A stretch of 64,000 nucleotides of DNA from Octopus sinensis (GCF_006345805.1 NC_043019.1:4959360-5023359); one strand, 5' to 3'; positions 25,131-37,168 are shown, counted from the stretch's first letter. Program-made: numbers and translations. The notes: generated by a model not told the origin, from the sequence alone.

Positions 25131-25382
25131 GATAAGTAAGTAAAATGAAAAATGGCTTGACTGGAATCTGAACTCGTATCGTGTACTCGGCTGTTCAGAG
25201 ACGGCCTTTACCTTTTATCTCTCTTGCGCCAAACATAGTATGCTGCCAGATTTTTGAAAACCTGTGATGCACTTTGACGTCCCTCACAGAGCATTGCTGC
25301 ACCACTCTACCTCTGCATTGAAGTATATCTTTGTTCTTAGTGACCCTTGTTATCAAGAAAAACCTTCCTTAACACTCTTCAA

Positions 25383-25468
25383 ATATCGACAAGAAGAACC
25401 TGTTGCCTCCGTTACTCGTCATCCAGACATTGGCCAACAACTCTGCTGCTACACTGTCAGTTGTAAAG
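25383..25468 (+). CDS. VPS11: VPS11 exon: (H)IDKKNLLPPLLVIQTLANNSAATLSVVK
   Basis: Matches human HIENKNLMPPLLVVQTLAHNSTATLSVIR; gtaaat donor. Confidence 0.95.
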
Positions 25469-25637
25469 GTAAATTCCTTCATGAAAGGGGTCATTTAAGG
25501 GAGTATTTGTTGTTATTGTTTAGCTAAATGGTTCTCTACCAGGATCCATAAGGCCCTTGAGGGTCCTTATAAGATTTTGCTGTTAAAATTTATTACCAAT
25601 AAATTGCTTTTAGTTCTGAATACAATCCCTAATAATA

Positions 25638-26033
25638 TCTTTATATATAAAAGTGAGGTTGTGTGCTGTCTGTCTCCTACGATTTAGATTCCTAACTACT
25701 CCCACATTTTGCGGTGCAGTTTAACCAAAACCGGGTATCTTATAGTCGTGATTCATATCGAGCCCTTCTGGGTATTAGCGCGTGTCTACGATGAGTCTAC
25801 GATTTAAAAAAAATTTACCATCAATTTTTCCCATTTTTAATGCATTTTTGGCATATATAAGGGAAGTAACTCTCTAAAAATTTATTATTAAATCTCAGAA
25901 CATAAAAAGCTACAGTGACACCCCCCCCTTTGTGGTTAGCCATATTGAGATGGCTATTATACTTTACATCTCTAAAAATGCTTATTTAGTTATTTCCCTT
26001 ACAAACCCAAGCAACGCCGGGCGATACTGCTAG
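25638..26033 (+). mobile_element. Non-autonomous Helitron-like element, family 1
   Basis: A|TCTTTATATATAAAAG ... gcaacgccgggcgatactgCTAG|T, no TSD; other copies at 43515-43910(-) and 60236-60627(+). Confidence 0.82.
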
Positions 26034-26074
26034 TTTAATAATAAAACAATAATAGAATTTTTTTTTTTACACAT

Positions 26075-26365
26075 TGGCCCACAGCTCTTCAATATCATCC
26101 CGAAGGACTTGAGAGACCTGCATTTGGTGGATGCAGATGTCTTTAAAATAAAACTGGATCTCTTCCTGTCAGGTGTCCCAGATGAACCAACTTCACGGCA
26201 GGAGGTGCAGATGAGGGCAGCTGCATCAAACTCTCTCATGCACCAAATGGCAATTGCTAAAAAGCATTCGTGAAGTAAAATCATGTAGCAACACCAAATG
26301 GTGGTGCCCCAGCATGGCCACAGCTTGTGAGCTGAAACTAGATAAAATAAAATAAAATAAAAATA
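26075..26365 (+). mobile_element. CR1/Jockey-group LINE 3' end with (AAAAT)n tail
   Basis: IGPQLFNIIPKDLRDL...FKIKLDLFLSGVPDEP, followed by a 3' UTR and tail. Confidence 0.75.
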
Positions 26366-27468
26366 AATTGGGGTCCATAGATAAAAAAATAATTGAGAAC
26401 CACTGGTTTGGGCAACGGTCAATTCTAGTCAAGTAGACATTATCAAAGACGTTCCAACTTTGACCATCCCATCTGTTATTTTCAGATATTGTATATCTAA
26501 GACAACATTAACCAAAGTGCCCTTTTGTTTTATAACAACAGTATGTAATACAAAGTGTGTTTGGCTGCTCCTTTTAGCAGATTTTGTGATTGCTTTTGTT
26601 AGCTCAATATATATCCTGTTGTTTAGATCCAGGACATCTCTGACGAAGCAGACACATTCAAAAGCCTTCTAGCCATGACTGTCACTTTTACTCATATGAC
26701 GTATGCAGGACTACGTTAGCCGTGTCCCTCAGACATAGCACATCTCAAGTCATGGTGTTCTTATTTCTTTATTGCCCACAAGGGGCTAAACACAGAGGGG
26801 ACAGACAAAGGGATTAAGTCGACTGTATTGACCCCAGTGCGTAACTGGTACTTAATTTATTGACCTCGAAGGGACAAAAGGCAAAGTCGACCTCAGCAGA
26901 ATTTGAACTCAGAACGTAAAGACAGACGAAATACCACTAAGCATTTCGCCCGGTGTGCTAACGTTTCTGCCAACTCGCCGCCTTGCTATTTCTTTTACTA
27001 CCCACAAGGGGTTAAACATAGAGGGGACAAACAAGGACAGACAAAGGGATTAAGTTGATTACATCGACCTAAGTGTGTAACTGGTACTTAATTTATCGAC
27101 CCCGAAAGGACGAAAGGCAAAGTCGTCCTCGGCGGAATTTGAACTCAGAACGCAAAGACAGACCGCTAAGCATTTCGCCTGGTGTGCTAACGTTTCTGCC
27201 AACTCGCTGTTCTTATCTACTGCCATCTTGAGTTACCAGTTAGCAATTTGTTGCTATATTCTATCAAGACAAAATTACAGAAAAGGTTTTATAACGTAGG
27301 AGCTGTTCTTTTTATCTCCAGATACAGTTTTGTGTCATTTGGGAAAGAAATCATTAAGAAGGAAAATCTCTTATAACCCACTCACTATGAATTTCATCTT
27401 CTTCTAAGGGACTCCTTGTAGTCTCCAAGCCCATGAAAGGATTTAAATCCACTTTCTGTGGAACAGAC

Positions 27469-28113
27469 TTAACCCTTTTGTTACTGCATTTATTTTGAGA
27501 TGCTCTCTTTTACTCTTTTACTTGTTTCAGTCATTTGACTGCGGCCATGCTGGAGCACCGCCTTTAGTCGAGCAAATCGACCCTGGGACTTATTCTTTGT
27601 AAGCCCAGTACTTATTCTATCGGTCTCTTTTGCCGAACCGCTAAGTGACGGGGATGTAAACACACCAGCATCGGTTGTCAAGCAATGCTAGGGGGACAAA
27701 CACAGACACACAAACACACACACACACACACACATATATATACATATACATATATACGATGGGCTTCTTTCAGTTTCCGTCTACCAAATCCACTCACAAG
27801 GCATTGGTTGGCCTGGGGCTATAGCAGAAGACACTTGCCCAACATGCCACACAGTGGGACTGAACCCGGAACCATGTGGTTGGTAAGCAAGCTACTTACC
27901 ACACAGCCACTCCTGCGCCTATGTGTTTCTTTCAATTAATTTTGGATATAACAAAGAATTTAGTAAAATAACTTAGTTATCATTCAGCTAGTGTTAGGAA
28001 CATAAATTGTAACTAAGGTTTGGTGGAAGATTTTAATTCAGAACTTCTGAAAACAAGACATTTGTACTCAGAGCCAGAGCTGGTTTCAGCCGGGTTGGTA
28101 ACGAAAGGGTTAA
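27469..28113. mobile_element. piggyBac-type MITE interrupted by SINE A
   Basis: TTAA|CCCTTT ... AAAGGG|TTAA; related copies at about 10190-10449, 31069-31299, 46225-46949, 54509-54737. Confidence 0.82.
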
Positions 28114-28450
28114 GCTGTTGCCTGGTTTGACAACACCAACACCTCAACCAGAACTGTGGGTGCTCTTAGTATAGTCCACTCTCTCACAAACATTCAGATT
28201 AGGTATTTGGCCTGGGTATGTCTTCCTCGCATCAGTCTTGGAAGCTCTGCAAGAAGGTCATGGCCATTTCCCTTTCTCTTCTCACGAAGCCTTTAAAAAT
28301 TAAAATACAAAATATCAATTATGCACTGATCCCAGCTGCGGCCCACAGCAATAAATTGCATGGTTCCTATTTGTAATTAGATGGACTGAGCCAGTGAAAA
28401 TTAATTTTTTTTCTTTTCTGTATTTTTTATCACATAATCAGCTTAGTTTC

Positions 28451-28488
<38 letters not shown>

Positions 28489-28517
28489 GTAAGTTTACAT
28501 GAGGTTAGTGTGTGTGC

Positions 28518-28557
<40 letters not shown>

Positions 28558-28631
28558 TTGAGGTAGCTTCTGCAAGATCCGTATGCTTCTGTGCCTGCAA
28601 TGATGTGAGTTTGTTTTCTCTTCCACCGAAG

Positions 28632-28753
28632 GACTATATTGTCAAGCGCCTGCAGCAAGAAAATGATCAGATAACTGAAGACGAACGGCTTATCCAACAA
28701 TATAGGGAAGACACTCTGAAGAAAAAAAACCAAATTGAAGAATTAAAGACTTC
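28632..28753 (+). CDS. VPS11: VPS11 exon: DYIVKRLQQENDQITEDERLIQQYREDTLKKKNQIEELKT(S)
   Basis: gaag acceptor, gtaagt donor, phase 0/2; coiled coil preceding the RING. Confidence 0.96.
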
Positions 28754-28831
28754 GTAAGTTCCATTTGCTTTGCTTTTTCTTTTTTCTTTTTACCTTCTGT
28801 TTCATCTCCCTCTGATTTGCAAATTAACAAA

Positions 28832-30310
28832 GGCACGTAAAAAGCACCATCCGACCGTGGCCGTTTGCCAGCCTCGCCTGGCCTCCATGCCAGTGGCACG
28901 TAAAAAGCACCATCCAATCGTGGCCGTTTGCCAGCCTCGCCTGGCCTCCATGCCAGTGGCACGTAAAAAGCACCATCCGATCGTGGCCGTTTGCCAGCCT
29001 CGCCTGGCCTCCATGCCAGTGGCACGTAAAAAGCACCATCCAATCGTGGCCGTTTGCCAGCCTCGCCTGGCCTCCATGCCAGTGGCACGTAAAAAGCACC
29101 ATCCGATCGTGGCCGTTTGCCAGCCTCGCCTGGCCTCCATGCCAGTGGCACGTAAAAAGCACCATCCAATCGTGGCCGTTTGCCAGCCTCGCCTGGCCTC
29201 CATGCAGTGGCACGTAAAAAGCACCATCCGATCGTGGCCGTTTGCCAGCCTCGCCTGGCCTCCATGCCAGTGGCACGTAAAAAGCACCATCCGATCGTGG
29301 CCGTTTGCCAGCCTCGCCTGGCCTCCATGCCAGTGGCACGTAAAAAGCACCATCCAATCGTGGCCGTTTGCCAGCCTCGTGTGGCACGTAAAAAGCACCA
29401 TCCGATCGTGGCCGTTTGCCAGCCTCGCCTGGCCTCCATGCCAGTGGCACGTAAAAAGCACCATCCGATCGTGGCCGTTTGCCAGCCTCGCCTGGCCTCC
29501 ATGCCAGTGGCACGTAAAAAGCACCATCCGATCGTGGCCGTTTGCCAGCCTCGCCTGGCCTCCATGCCAGTGGCACGTAAAAAGCACCATCCAATCGTGG
29601 CCGTTTGCCAGCCTCGCCTGGCCTCCATGCCAGTGGCACGTAAAAAGCACCATCCAATCGTGGCCGTTTGCCAGCCTCGCCTGGCCTCCATGCCAGTGGC
29701 ACGTAAAAAGCACCATCCGATCGTGCCGTTTGCCAGCCTCGCCTGGCCTCCATGCCAGTGGCACGTAAAAAGCACCATCCAATTGTGCCGTTTGCCAGCT
29801 CGCCTGGCCTCCATGCCAGTGGCACGTAAAAAGCACCATCCAACCGTGGCCGTTTGCCAGCCTCGCCTGGCCTCCATGCCAGTGGCACGTAAAAAGCACC
29901 ATCCAATCGTGGCCGTTTGCCAGCCTCGTGTGGCACGTAAAAAGCACCATCCGATCGTGGCCGTTGCCATCCTCACCTGGCCTCCGTTTTGGTGGCACGT
30001 AAAAAGCACCATCTGATCGTGGCCGTTTGCCAGCTCCGTCTGGCACCTGTGCAGGTGGCACGTAAAAAGCACCATCTGATTGTAGCCGTTTGCCAGCCTC
30101 GTCTGGCGCCTGTACCGGTGGCACGTAAAAGGCACCCACTACACACATGGAGAGGTTGGCATTAGGAAGGGCATCCAGCCATAGAAACATTGCCAGATCA
30201 GACTGGGCCTGGTGCAGCCTTCTGGCTTCCCAGACCCCAGTTGAACCGTCCAACCCATGCCAGTATGGAAAGCGGATGCTAAACGACGATGATGATGATG
30301 ATGATGATGA
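28832..30310 (+). repeat. 63-bp minisatellite (about 21 copies, to about 30130) expanded inside a SINE-C element ending in (GAT)n
   Basis: Unit ggcacgtaaaaagcaccatccgatcgtggccgtttgccagcctcgcctggcctccatgccagt. Confidence 0.95.
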
Positions 30311-30879
30311 AAACCATTGAAACCATCCCAAAGATGATATCAGAGTTCAACATAGCCCTGCAGCTCACTAGTTCCGTGTCAGACCATCCTACCCATGGAA
30401 ACATATGATGATAGTAGTGGCAGCAGCAGTGCCGTCATCATCCTGAAAGATTATCCCCACCTCGCTCTCTCTCTCTGTCTCTCAATTGGCACAAAGAAAA
30501 TCCAGAAATATATACCACAATTTCTCACCTGAATTTAGTGCTTGGTTGTCAAAAATCAAGCCTCTTTCTTATATTTTCATTTTATTTCTCTTCCATCTTG
30601 TAAGAAATTCTTCAAAAATTGGTTCATCTGTTAAACAGTCTTCTTGTAATGAAGTATTGTATTACCTATGTAAATCAGATACCACCCCCCCTTTCTGTCC
30701 TTTTTTTAATAGTCTTTAGCAAGGATATACTGCACGTTAGCATTTGTGGGATTACTGTTCTGATACAAATTGCTAGAAACAACTGAAAATACTATTCTTA
30801 TAATGGCCATTAATGAAGGCCTGTCTTTAGTCATAAAGTCATATGCCTTGTTTAACCTGCTTAATTTCCAATTTTCCAG

Positions 30880-30978
30880 CGCAAAGATCTTCCAAGCCCC
30901 TAAATGCAGTATTTGTAACCATCCTTTGGAAATCCCTTCGGTACATTTTCTCTGTGAACCTCACTCTTACCATCAACA
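30880..30978 (+). CDS. VPS11: VPS11 exon, RING-H2 first half: AKIFQAPKCSICNHPLEIPSVHFLCEPHSYHQ(H)
   Basis: ttccag acceptor, gtaagt donor, phase 2/2. Confidence 0.97.
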
Positions 30979-32869
30979 GTAAGTAACACAGAATTTATTA
31001 TTTGCTGTATTTACATAAAAAAAGAAACTGTGTGAATCTTGTGGTCTCATATCTTGTATGTAACATACTTAACCCTTTACTGTTCAAATATTTGGGCAAT
31101 ATCAGGGCCCAAATATTCTATCCTTTTTACAATAAAACCAGCCAGGTCTGGCTTCTCATACCTACCCTACAATGTCATTCTAAAAATAAACAATCACATC
31201 TTTGAAATCTCAAAGCTACAAGATAATGTGTGATTAATTCAAAACAATGTGAATAAATATGCATTACACTTGACAATAGTTTGTATGTTAAAGGGTTAAA
31301 ATAAGAAACTCTGGCAAAACTGTGGCTTTCAACGGTTTGAGTACTCACCTGGAAAGCACCTGGTAACATCGTTCGATACAAAGTTGAATAAAGGAACTAA
31401 TGTCAGTCATTAACCATCCAAGTTTAAATTTTCATTTCCAACATGTACCATGTTCACATCATTTACATGGTAAATGTTTGTGGCAAAGGCATGAATGCTA
31501 CATTATTGACTCTCAATACCTATTTCTTTACTACCCCCAAGGGGCTAAACACAGAGGGGACAAACAAGGACAGACAAACAGATTAAGTCGATTACATCGA
31601 TCTCAGTGCGTAACTGGTACTTAATTTATTGACCACGAAATGATGAAAGGCAAAGTCGACCTCGGCGGAATTTGAACTCAGTACGTAATGGCAGACGAAA
31701 TACCGCTAAGCATTTCACCTGGCGTGCTAACGATTCTACCAGCTCGCTGCCTTAATATCATATGTACCGTGCAATAATATAAGTGTTAAAATACCAGAAA
31801 TAGATTAGATTAATTTATTTTCAAGATCAATATCAAAATTTGCAAAAAACAAATGTGTCAGTGGTTTCCAACCAGAGATTCAGAGACAGTGGCTAAAGAT
31901 GTGGTGAGGTTTATTCTGGAGTTTATTTTATCTCTGTTGGGACAAAACAAGAATTGTCATGGGGCTTAAGCATAAGAAAAAAGAATGATGAGCTCACAAA
32001 AATGTTGGACACCACTTATGAAGTTCACTTATTGGTTAACCCTCTGGCATTTCATCTAGCCATATCCAGTCTAAATACTCTACCTGTTTTATGTTTAAAA
32101 AAATGATACGGCCAGTTTGAATTCTATAGGGTTAAGTCAGTCATAATATCTCGATTCCAGAAGGTAGAAAGGCAAATTTGACCGTGACAAGATTTCAAAA
32201 TGCAAAAGACATAACAAAATGCATAAGGAATTTTGTTGATGCTGTACCATGTTTCTAATGGAGGCAAAAGGCCTGAAATTGGTGCGAGGTGTTTCACCAT
32301 CGTCTGGTTGAGCTTCCTCGGACACTTTTAACCTACACACATCATCACGCACTTTGGTCTTGCATTGGTCGAGGGAAGTCTTCAGGGGAGGCATCCAGTG
32401 TCTCTGCTGAATTGATGTCTGTTGTGTCCTGATGACCTGCTTCAGTACAGCCACACTTTGGCTTCTGTAGCAGTAAGTCATTTTCCAACTCTTGTTTAGC
32501 TTGCTGGCAATGTCCCACAAAGTGCAAACGCCCTTACCCTATAATGGTGAAGATAGACACATTTAATTTCATAGAAAGAAACTGCAAGGAAGCCCATCTT
32601 TTTATATATGTCTTTGTGTATGTTGTATGAGCATTTTCACATTAACACCACTTGGACAGTCGTGATGCTACATAAATAGTCCAGTTATTTGGAAGGCCAA
32701 CATACAAAAGTGTCAGAGTATCCTACTTGAAAACAAGAGTTGCCATCAGGAAGGGCATCTAGTTGTGGCAATACTGGCCTCTAGAACCTTTCTTCAACTC
32801 ATGCATGGGTTGTAAAAACAATATATATATATATATATATAGACATAATCAAAATTTTATATAAATACA

Positions 32870-33214
32870 CTAGCACTATGACCCGGCAACGTCAGGTCAT
32901 AATGCTAGTGCATGCATATACAGCTGTGTGCATGCGCACATACACGCGAGTACTGTCCAAATCTCCGACCAATCACATACAGCTAGCTGGCATTCAATTG
33001 GCATATCAAGTTTCAGGCATTTTGATTGGGTTTTCAATAGAAAATTCTATTGATTTTTTAATGGCTTTGCGGGGTGGCTGGGGAAATGTAAAGATGTGCA
33101 CAACCACCCTTGGACGGTTTTGAATGACCATAGAAAGTGCGAGCCCTCTAACTGAAAAATTGTGGATTTTTTAAAGGACACGCACACAGACATTTTGCTG
33201 TTTGTATATATAGA
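32870..33214 (-). mobile_element. Non-autonomous Helitron-like element, family 2
   Basis: Minus strand: TCTATATATAC start, hairpin tatgacc...ggtcata, CTAG|T end. Confidence 0.8.
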
Positions 33215-33629
33215 TATGCATGATAGACAATAGGAGCTGCTAATTATGAACACTTTGAAATGAATCTTTTAATAATTACTGGCTGATAAGGTGAGGCAAA
33301 TAAAGAATTCAAGGACCACAAATTTGGTGACAATAACTAATTGGTAATATTATTTGTAATTGTAATAAACATCTTCTACAGCTTGAACACAAATAAGTAC
33401 AAATACCGTAGATAAGGGAAACTAAGGGAGTGGGGGGTTGTCACCTTGGTTTGCAATAGTAATATAAAGCCAGATAATTTATAATAGGAATGATATTTAA
33501 GCAAATTACTTCATCTGCACAATAATTCTATAGCCATTAATTACAAAAGTCATTCCTAAATTCAATAAAATAGTTGTTTTTTTTAATAGAATCTAACAAT
33601 TTCTTTTTTCCTCTCTCTCTCTTTACTAG

Positions 33630-33683
33630 CTGTTTTGAATGTTATGGTGAAAATGAATGCCCTGTTTGTATGCAAGAAAACAG
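33630..33683 (+). CDS. VPS11: VPS11 exon, RING-H2 second half: CFECYGENECPVCMQEN(R)
   Basis: tactag acceptor, gtaaga donor, phase 2/2. Confidence 0.96.
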
Positions 33684-33809
33684 GTAAGATCTTTATTTAT
33701 TTTATCTTATCATTTAAGACAAGATACCTTCTTTTGTATGTCACTTTCTTCCTTTTCCCTTGCTCATCAACCAAACAGCTTTACCATAGAGGACGTGCTC
33801 CCTTTTCCT

Positions 33810-34745
33810 GTAAGTTACAAGACTTTAGGGCTGCAGCAATAAATATAGGCATAATGATAGGTAGGTTTAGTGAGTTTGTGGAAATGCTGGAACAGAGACA
33901 AGTGGTTGTGTGTTGTGTGCAAGAGGAAAGATGGAAGGAATCCTCAATCACACTCTTCACAGGCAAGAGACAGCAGTACAAATTTTTCTGGCTGAGTAAT
34001 AGAGACAAGGCATACTCTTACCTGAGAAATAGCTAAAGTAATTGAGGTAGTCAGTGTTTCTAATTATAGGCAACTTAATAACAACATTCATCTTGGCAGA
34101 AGTCATTAAGTGGATATTAAAAATGACTCCCCACTGCAGACAGGACAGAAGAACCACTTCTGTGAGACCCTGACAGTAACCTCATTATTGTGGCCAGCAA
34201 CATCAATGGATGTTGGCCAAAACAGTGATGATTTCAGCAGTATACATGGAGGCTATGGTTTATGGTTCAAGAAATGAGGAGGGTGTATGATACCTGGAGT
34301 TCTGTGATGCAAGTGATCTAACAATTTGCAAGACATTTTAGGAAGCCAAATAAACACCCACCCGTCTGGCGAGCACCAGTTGGACAGGTTACACTCTCAA
34401 CAGTAGTGCTATTGTAAATACCAAAACCTTTCTTGAAAAAGAATATATTATGCAACATAGATTAGTGACCATTGACTGAAATGAAAGACAACATGGAAAA
34501 GGAAAATATGGAAACTAAAAGAGCTTGCGATTAAGAATAGATTTAGAGAAATTCTAACTGACCCTAAGATGGCAGAGGGGAAGATTTAGATATCTGTAGC
34601 ATAGATGACACCTGAAAATTCCTATGAAGTCACCTACTTAGGGTTATTGAAGCAAAGACCCAGCCCAGCCAGAACTAACATGGTGGTGGAATGATGATGT
34701 AGGTGGTGGATGGTAAAGGCTAAGTGAGAGGCTTGGGAAACCTAG
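33810..34745 (+). mobile_element. Decayed RTE-clade LINE, AP-endonuclease region
   Basis: INIGIMIGR...VCCVQEERWK...YKFFW and GGYG..RNEEG...LEFCDA motifs. Confidence 0.7.
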
Positions 34746-35589
34746 AAGGTAACAACCTTCATCCACTCACTCCTGGTCTCTCTGACCCACTTGTATCTAC
34801 CCACCTTGTACCTTGAAGGTCCACCTAATCACTCCCACCCCTCTTCTTAAATGTGAGTAGTCATGTGACTCCCCTACTGAAAGAAACCTGTTCTGCAGTG
34901 ACCCCATTTCTCATATTTTTACCTCCTTCCCATAAAACAGCCCCCTTCAAGGTTCGTTGTCTGTCTTACAAGCTACATGACAACGTCACCAGTGCTGGTA
35001 CCTTGAAAATAGCTCCCAGTGCACATTGTGATGTGGTTGGCCTTAGGAAAGGTATTCAACCATAGAAACCATGCCAAAGCAGATATCAAAGCACAATCCA
35101 ACCATTGGGCCCATCACATCCTATCCAACCCTGCCAACATCATCATCATAAATGCTGGCATGGGGCTAGATGGTTTGACAGTTGCTGAGAAGCCCAGGGA
35201 GCTGCACCAGGCTCCATTCTCTATTCTGGCATGGTTTCTACAGCTAGATACCCATCCTAACACCAACCACTTTACAGTGTGTAATGGGTGCTTTTTTTTT
35301 CCGTGGGACCAACACCAATGCTTTTCATGTGGCACTATATCAGTACTTTTTACATCAATTTTGTTGATGATGATGATTTTTTTTTTAAAGACAATAGGAT
35401 GGAGTTTGCAGGGAATTTGACTGCTATTTTTAGTAGCCATTCAGATTTTTTATAGAACCTTTCTCATGGCTAAACCTAATTTCAAGTATGTTGTGTACAT
35501 ATGATTGTTGCATAAACTGTTGTAGCTGACTATTATATATATATATATATTTATATAAATGTAATATGTAACAATTATTCGGTAGCCAT

Positions 35590-35650
35590 GATAAAACTCC
35601 GAGTTTCGGATGCCGAGGTGGAAATCCATGCCACCATCTCTTCAGTTATC
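35590..35650 (-). ncRNA. Minimal type I hammerhead ribozyme motif
   Basis: Minus: GATAA-CTGAAGA-GATG GTGG..CCAC..CATC c-GAAA-CTCGGAG-TT-TTATC. Confidence 0.75.
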
Positions 35651-35713
35651 CGGCCATCGGAAACATGCTATGAAAATGCTATGATTTTTTTCATGGCATT
35701 TTTCCGATGGCTG

Positions 35714-35774
35714 GATAACTGAAGAGATGGCAGCATGGATTTCCACCTCGGCATCCGAAACTCGGAGTTTTATC
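35714..35774 (+). ncRNA. Minimal type I hammerhead ribozyme motif
   Basis: GATAA-CTGAAGA-GATG...CATC c-GAAA-CTCGGAG-TT-TTATC; 5-bp stem I, near-palindromic stem III, GUU triplet. Confidence 0.75.
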
Positions 35775-36270
35775 ATGGCTACCGAATAATTGTCACATAT
35801 TACATTTACAGATAAATTCCTCTATTTACATAATATCAAGGTCTCTTTCTCTCTTCTGTTGTCTTACTATTTTTATCAATATATATATATATTATATTTC
35901 TTTATCTTTTATTAAACTTTTAATACTTTTGATATTTAAAAAAAAAAATGTAAATAAATAAATAAATAAAAGAATATATAAATATAAAAATATACATACA
36001 TACATATAGATATATTTGTATATATATATAAAATTTATAAGTTTAAATTATTTAAATAATTTTTTATTTTTTACTTTTATATTTTTAAATTAATTTTATG
36101 TATTGGCTTATGTTTTTCACTGTTTGATTTGCCTAATAGTGATTTTATCTCTAATATAATATAATATAATATATTTATACTATAAAATTGGATTTAATTC
36201 TAAATCTAATTTTTCCCTGTAAGTTTGGATTTATTCCCTAATATTATTATAATATATATATATATATAAT

Positions 36271-36796
36271 AATTTAATAAATAAAACATATGCATACATA
36301 CATGTACATACCTACATTTATATGTATATATACATGCATATATGGGTACAGGACACCCCAAAAAAAAAACGTATAACACAACAGGAAACGGAAACATAAA
36401 AACAAAACAAGGAAAGGGACTTTTTTTAACAACGAAAAAAACAGAGTACAAGACAACAACACAAGGAACACTCCCCTTCTTCAGCTGCCCCTGTTTTGAC
36501 TCAATGCGTGTTTCGAAGGTAAGGGCAATTTCGAAACACGCATGGAGTCAAAACAGGGACAGCTGAAGAATGGGAATGTTCCTTCTGTTGTTTGTCTTGT
36601 ACTCTGTTTTTTCGTTGTTAAAAAGAGTCCGTTTCCTTGTTTGGTTTTATGTTTTCGTTTCTCGTTGTGTTCTACGTTTATTTGTGGTGTCCTGTACTCA
36701 TATATATATATATATATATATATATGCATGTATATATACATATAGATGTAGGTATGTACATATATGTATGTATGCATATGTTTTATTTATTAAATT
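36271..36796. repeat. Fold-back element (about 245-bp arms, about 11-nt spacer near 36518-36529)
   Basis: Arms are reverse complements, e.g. cgtgtttcgaa / ttcgaaacacg at the centre. Confidence 0.92.
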
Positions 36797-37016
36797 GTTA
36801 TTATATGATCAAACGCCACGCGTCGTCTTCTTCCAAGTAAGTTTTATATATATATATATATATATTCGGTTAAGTAATTGAGATTCTGGTGAATTCTAAA
36901 GAATTCACATGAATATGGTCCTTAATTAGGATGCACCGGAAATCTATATGGTGTTAACCATACGACAAGTGGGGTGATTACAAATAGGAAAAAAGCAACA
37001 AGAATGGATTAAAATC

Positions 37017-37100
37017 TCGGTACGATCGTTTCGTACGAGGACATCTTTAATAAGCTACAAAAAATGCAGTGAATACAGATGGCTCGTACTCGTCAGCCGA
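37017..37100 (-). ncRNA. Canonical minimal type I hammerhead ribozyme (antisense arm)
   Basis: Reverse complement of 37169-37252. Confidence 0.85.
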
Positions 37101-37168
37101 AAAAACATCAGAGAATTCCCAAACATGTATCTACCCCTTTTGATGTTTGGGAATTCTCTGATGTTTTT

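Larger units (their letters stand above)
22306..25382 (+). other. VPS11: U12-type (minor spliceosome) intron with AT-AA termini
   Basis: 5' site ATATCCTTTG at 22306; branch point TTCCTTAAC at 25365-25373; 3' AA at 25381-25382; restores ...VLSH-IDKKNLLPP... Confidence 0.88.
35557..35808. repeat. Fold-back element (about 107-bp arms) with a hammerhead in each arm
   Basis: 35557-35663 is the reverse complement of 35701-35808; (TA)n flank. Confidence 0.92.

Noticed and set aside
24880-25143. Recurrent short ORFs MLGGQTQTH.../MTTDAGVFTSP...
   Set aside because: Incidental translations of SINE family A, repeated with every copy.
25334-25340. Conventional U2 acceptor ttcttag for the exon at 25383
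   Set aside because: Runs into an in-frame TAA at 25370-25372, and no compatible GT donor preserves the conserved protein.
28690-30331. ORFs of 278-509 aa on both strands
   Set aside because: Artefacts of a stop-poor 63-bp (21-codon) minisatellite.
32137-32560. Minus-strand ORFs as a host gene
   Set aside because: Fragmented, no splice signals; probably an old LINE relic, family not identifiable.
36530-36575. Hammerhead in the 36271-36796 palindrome (GAAA...GUC...CUGAAGA)
   Set aside because: Boxes are in type II order, but the sequence between GUC and CUGA cannot form stem I and stems II/III are weak.
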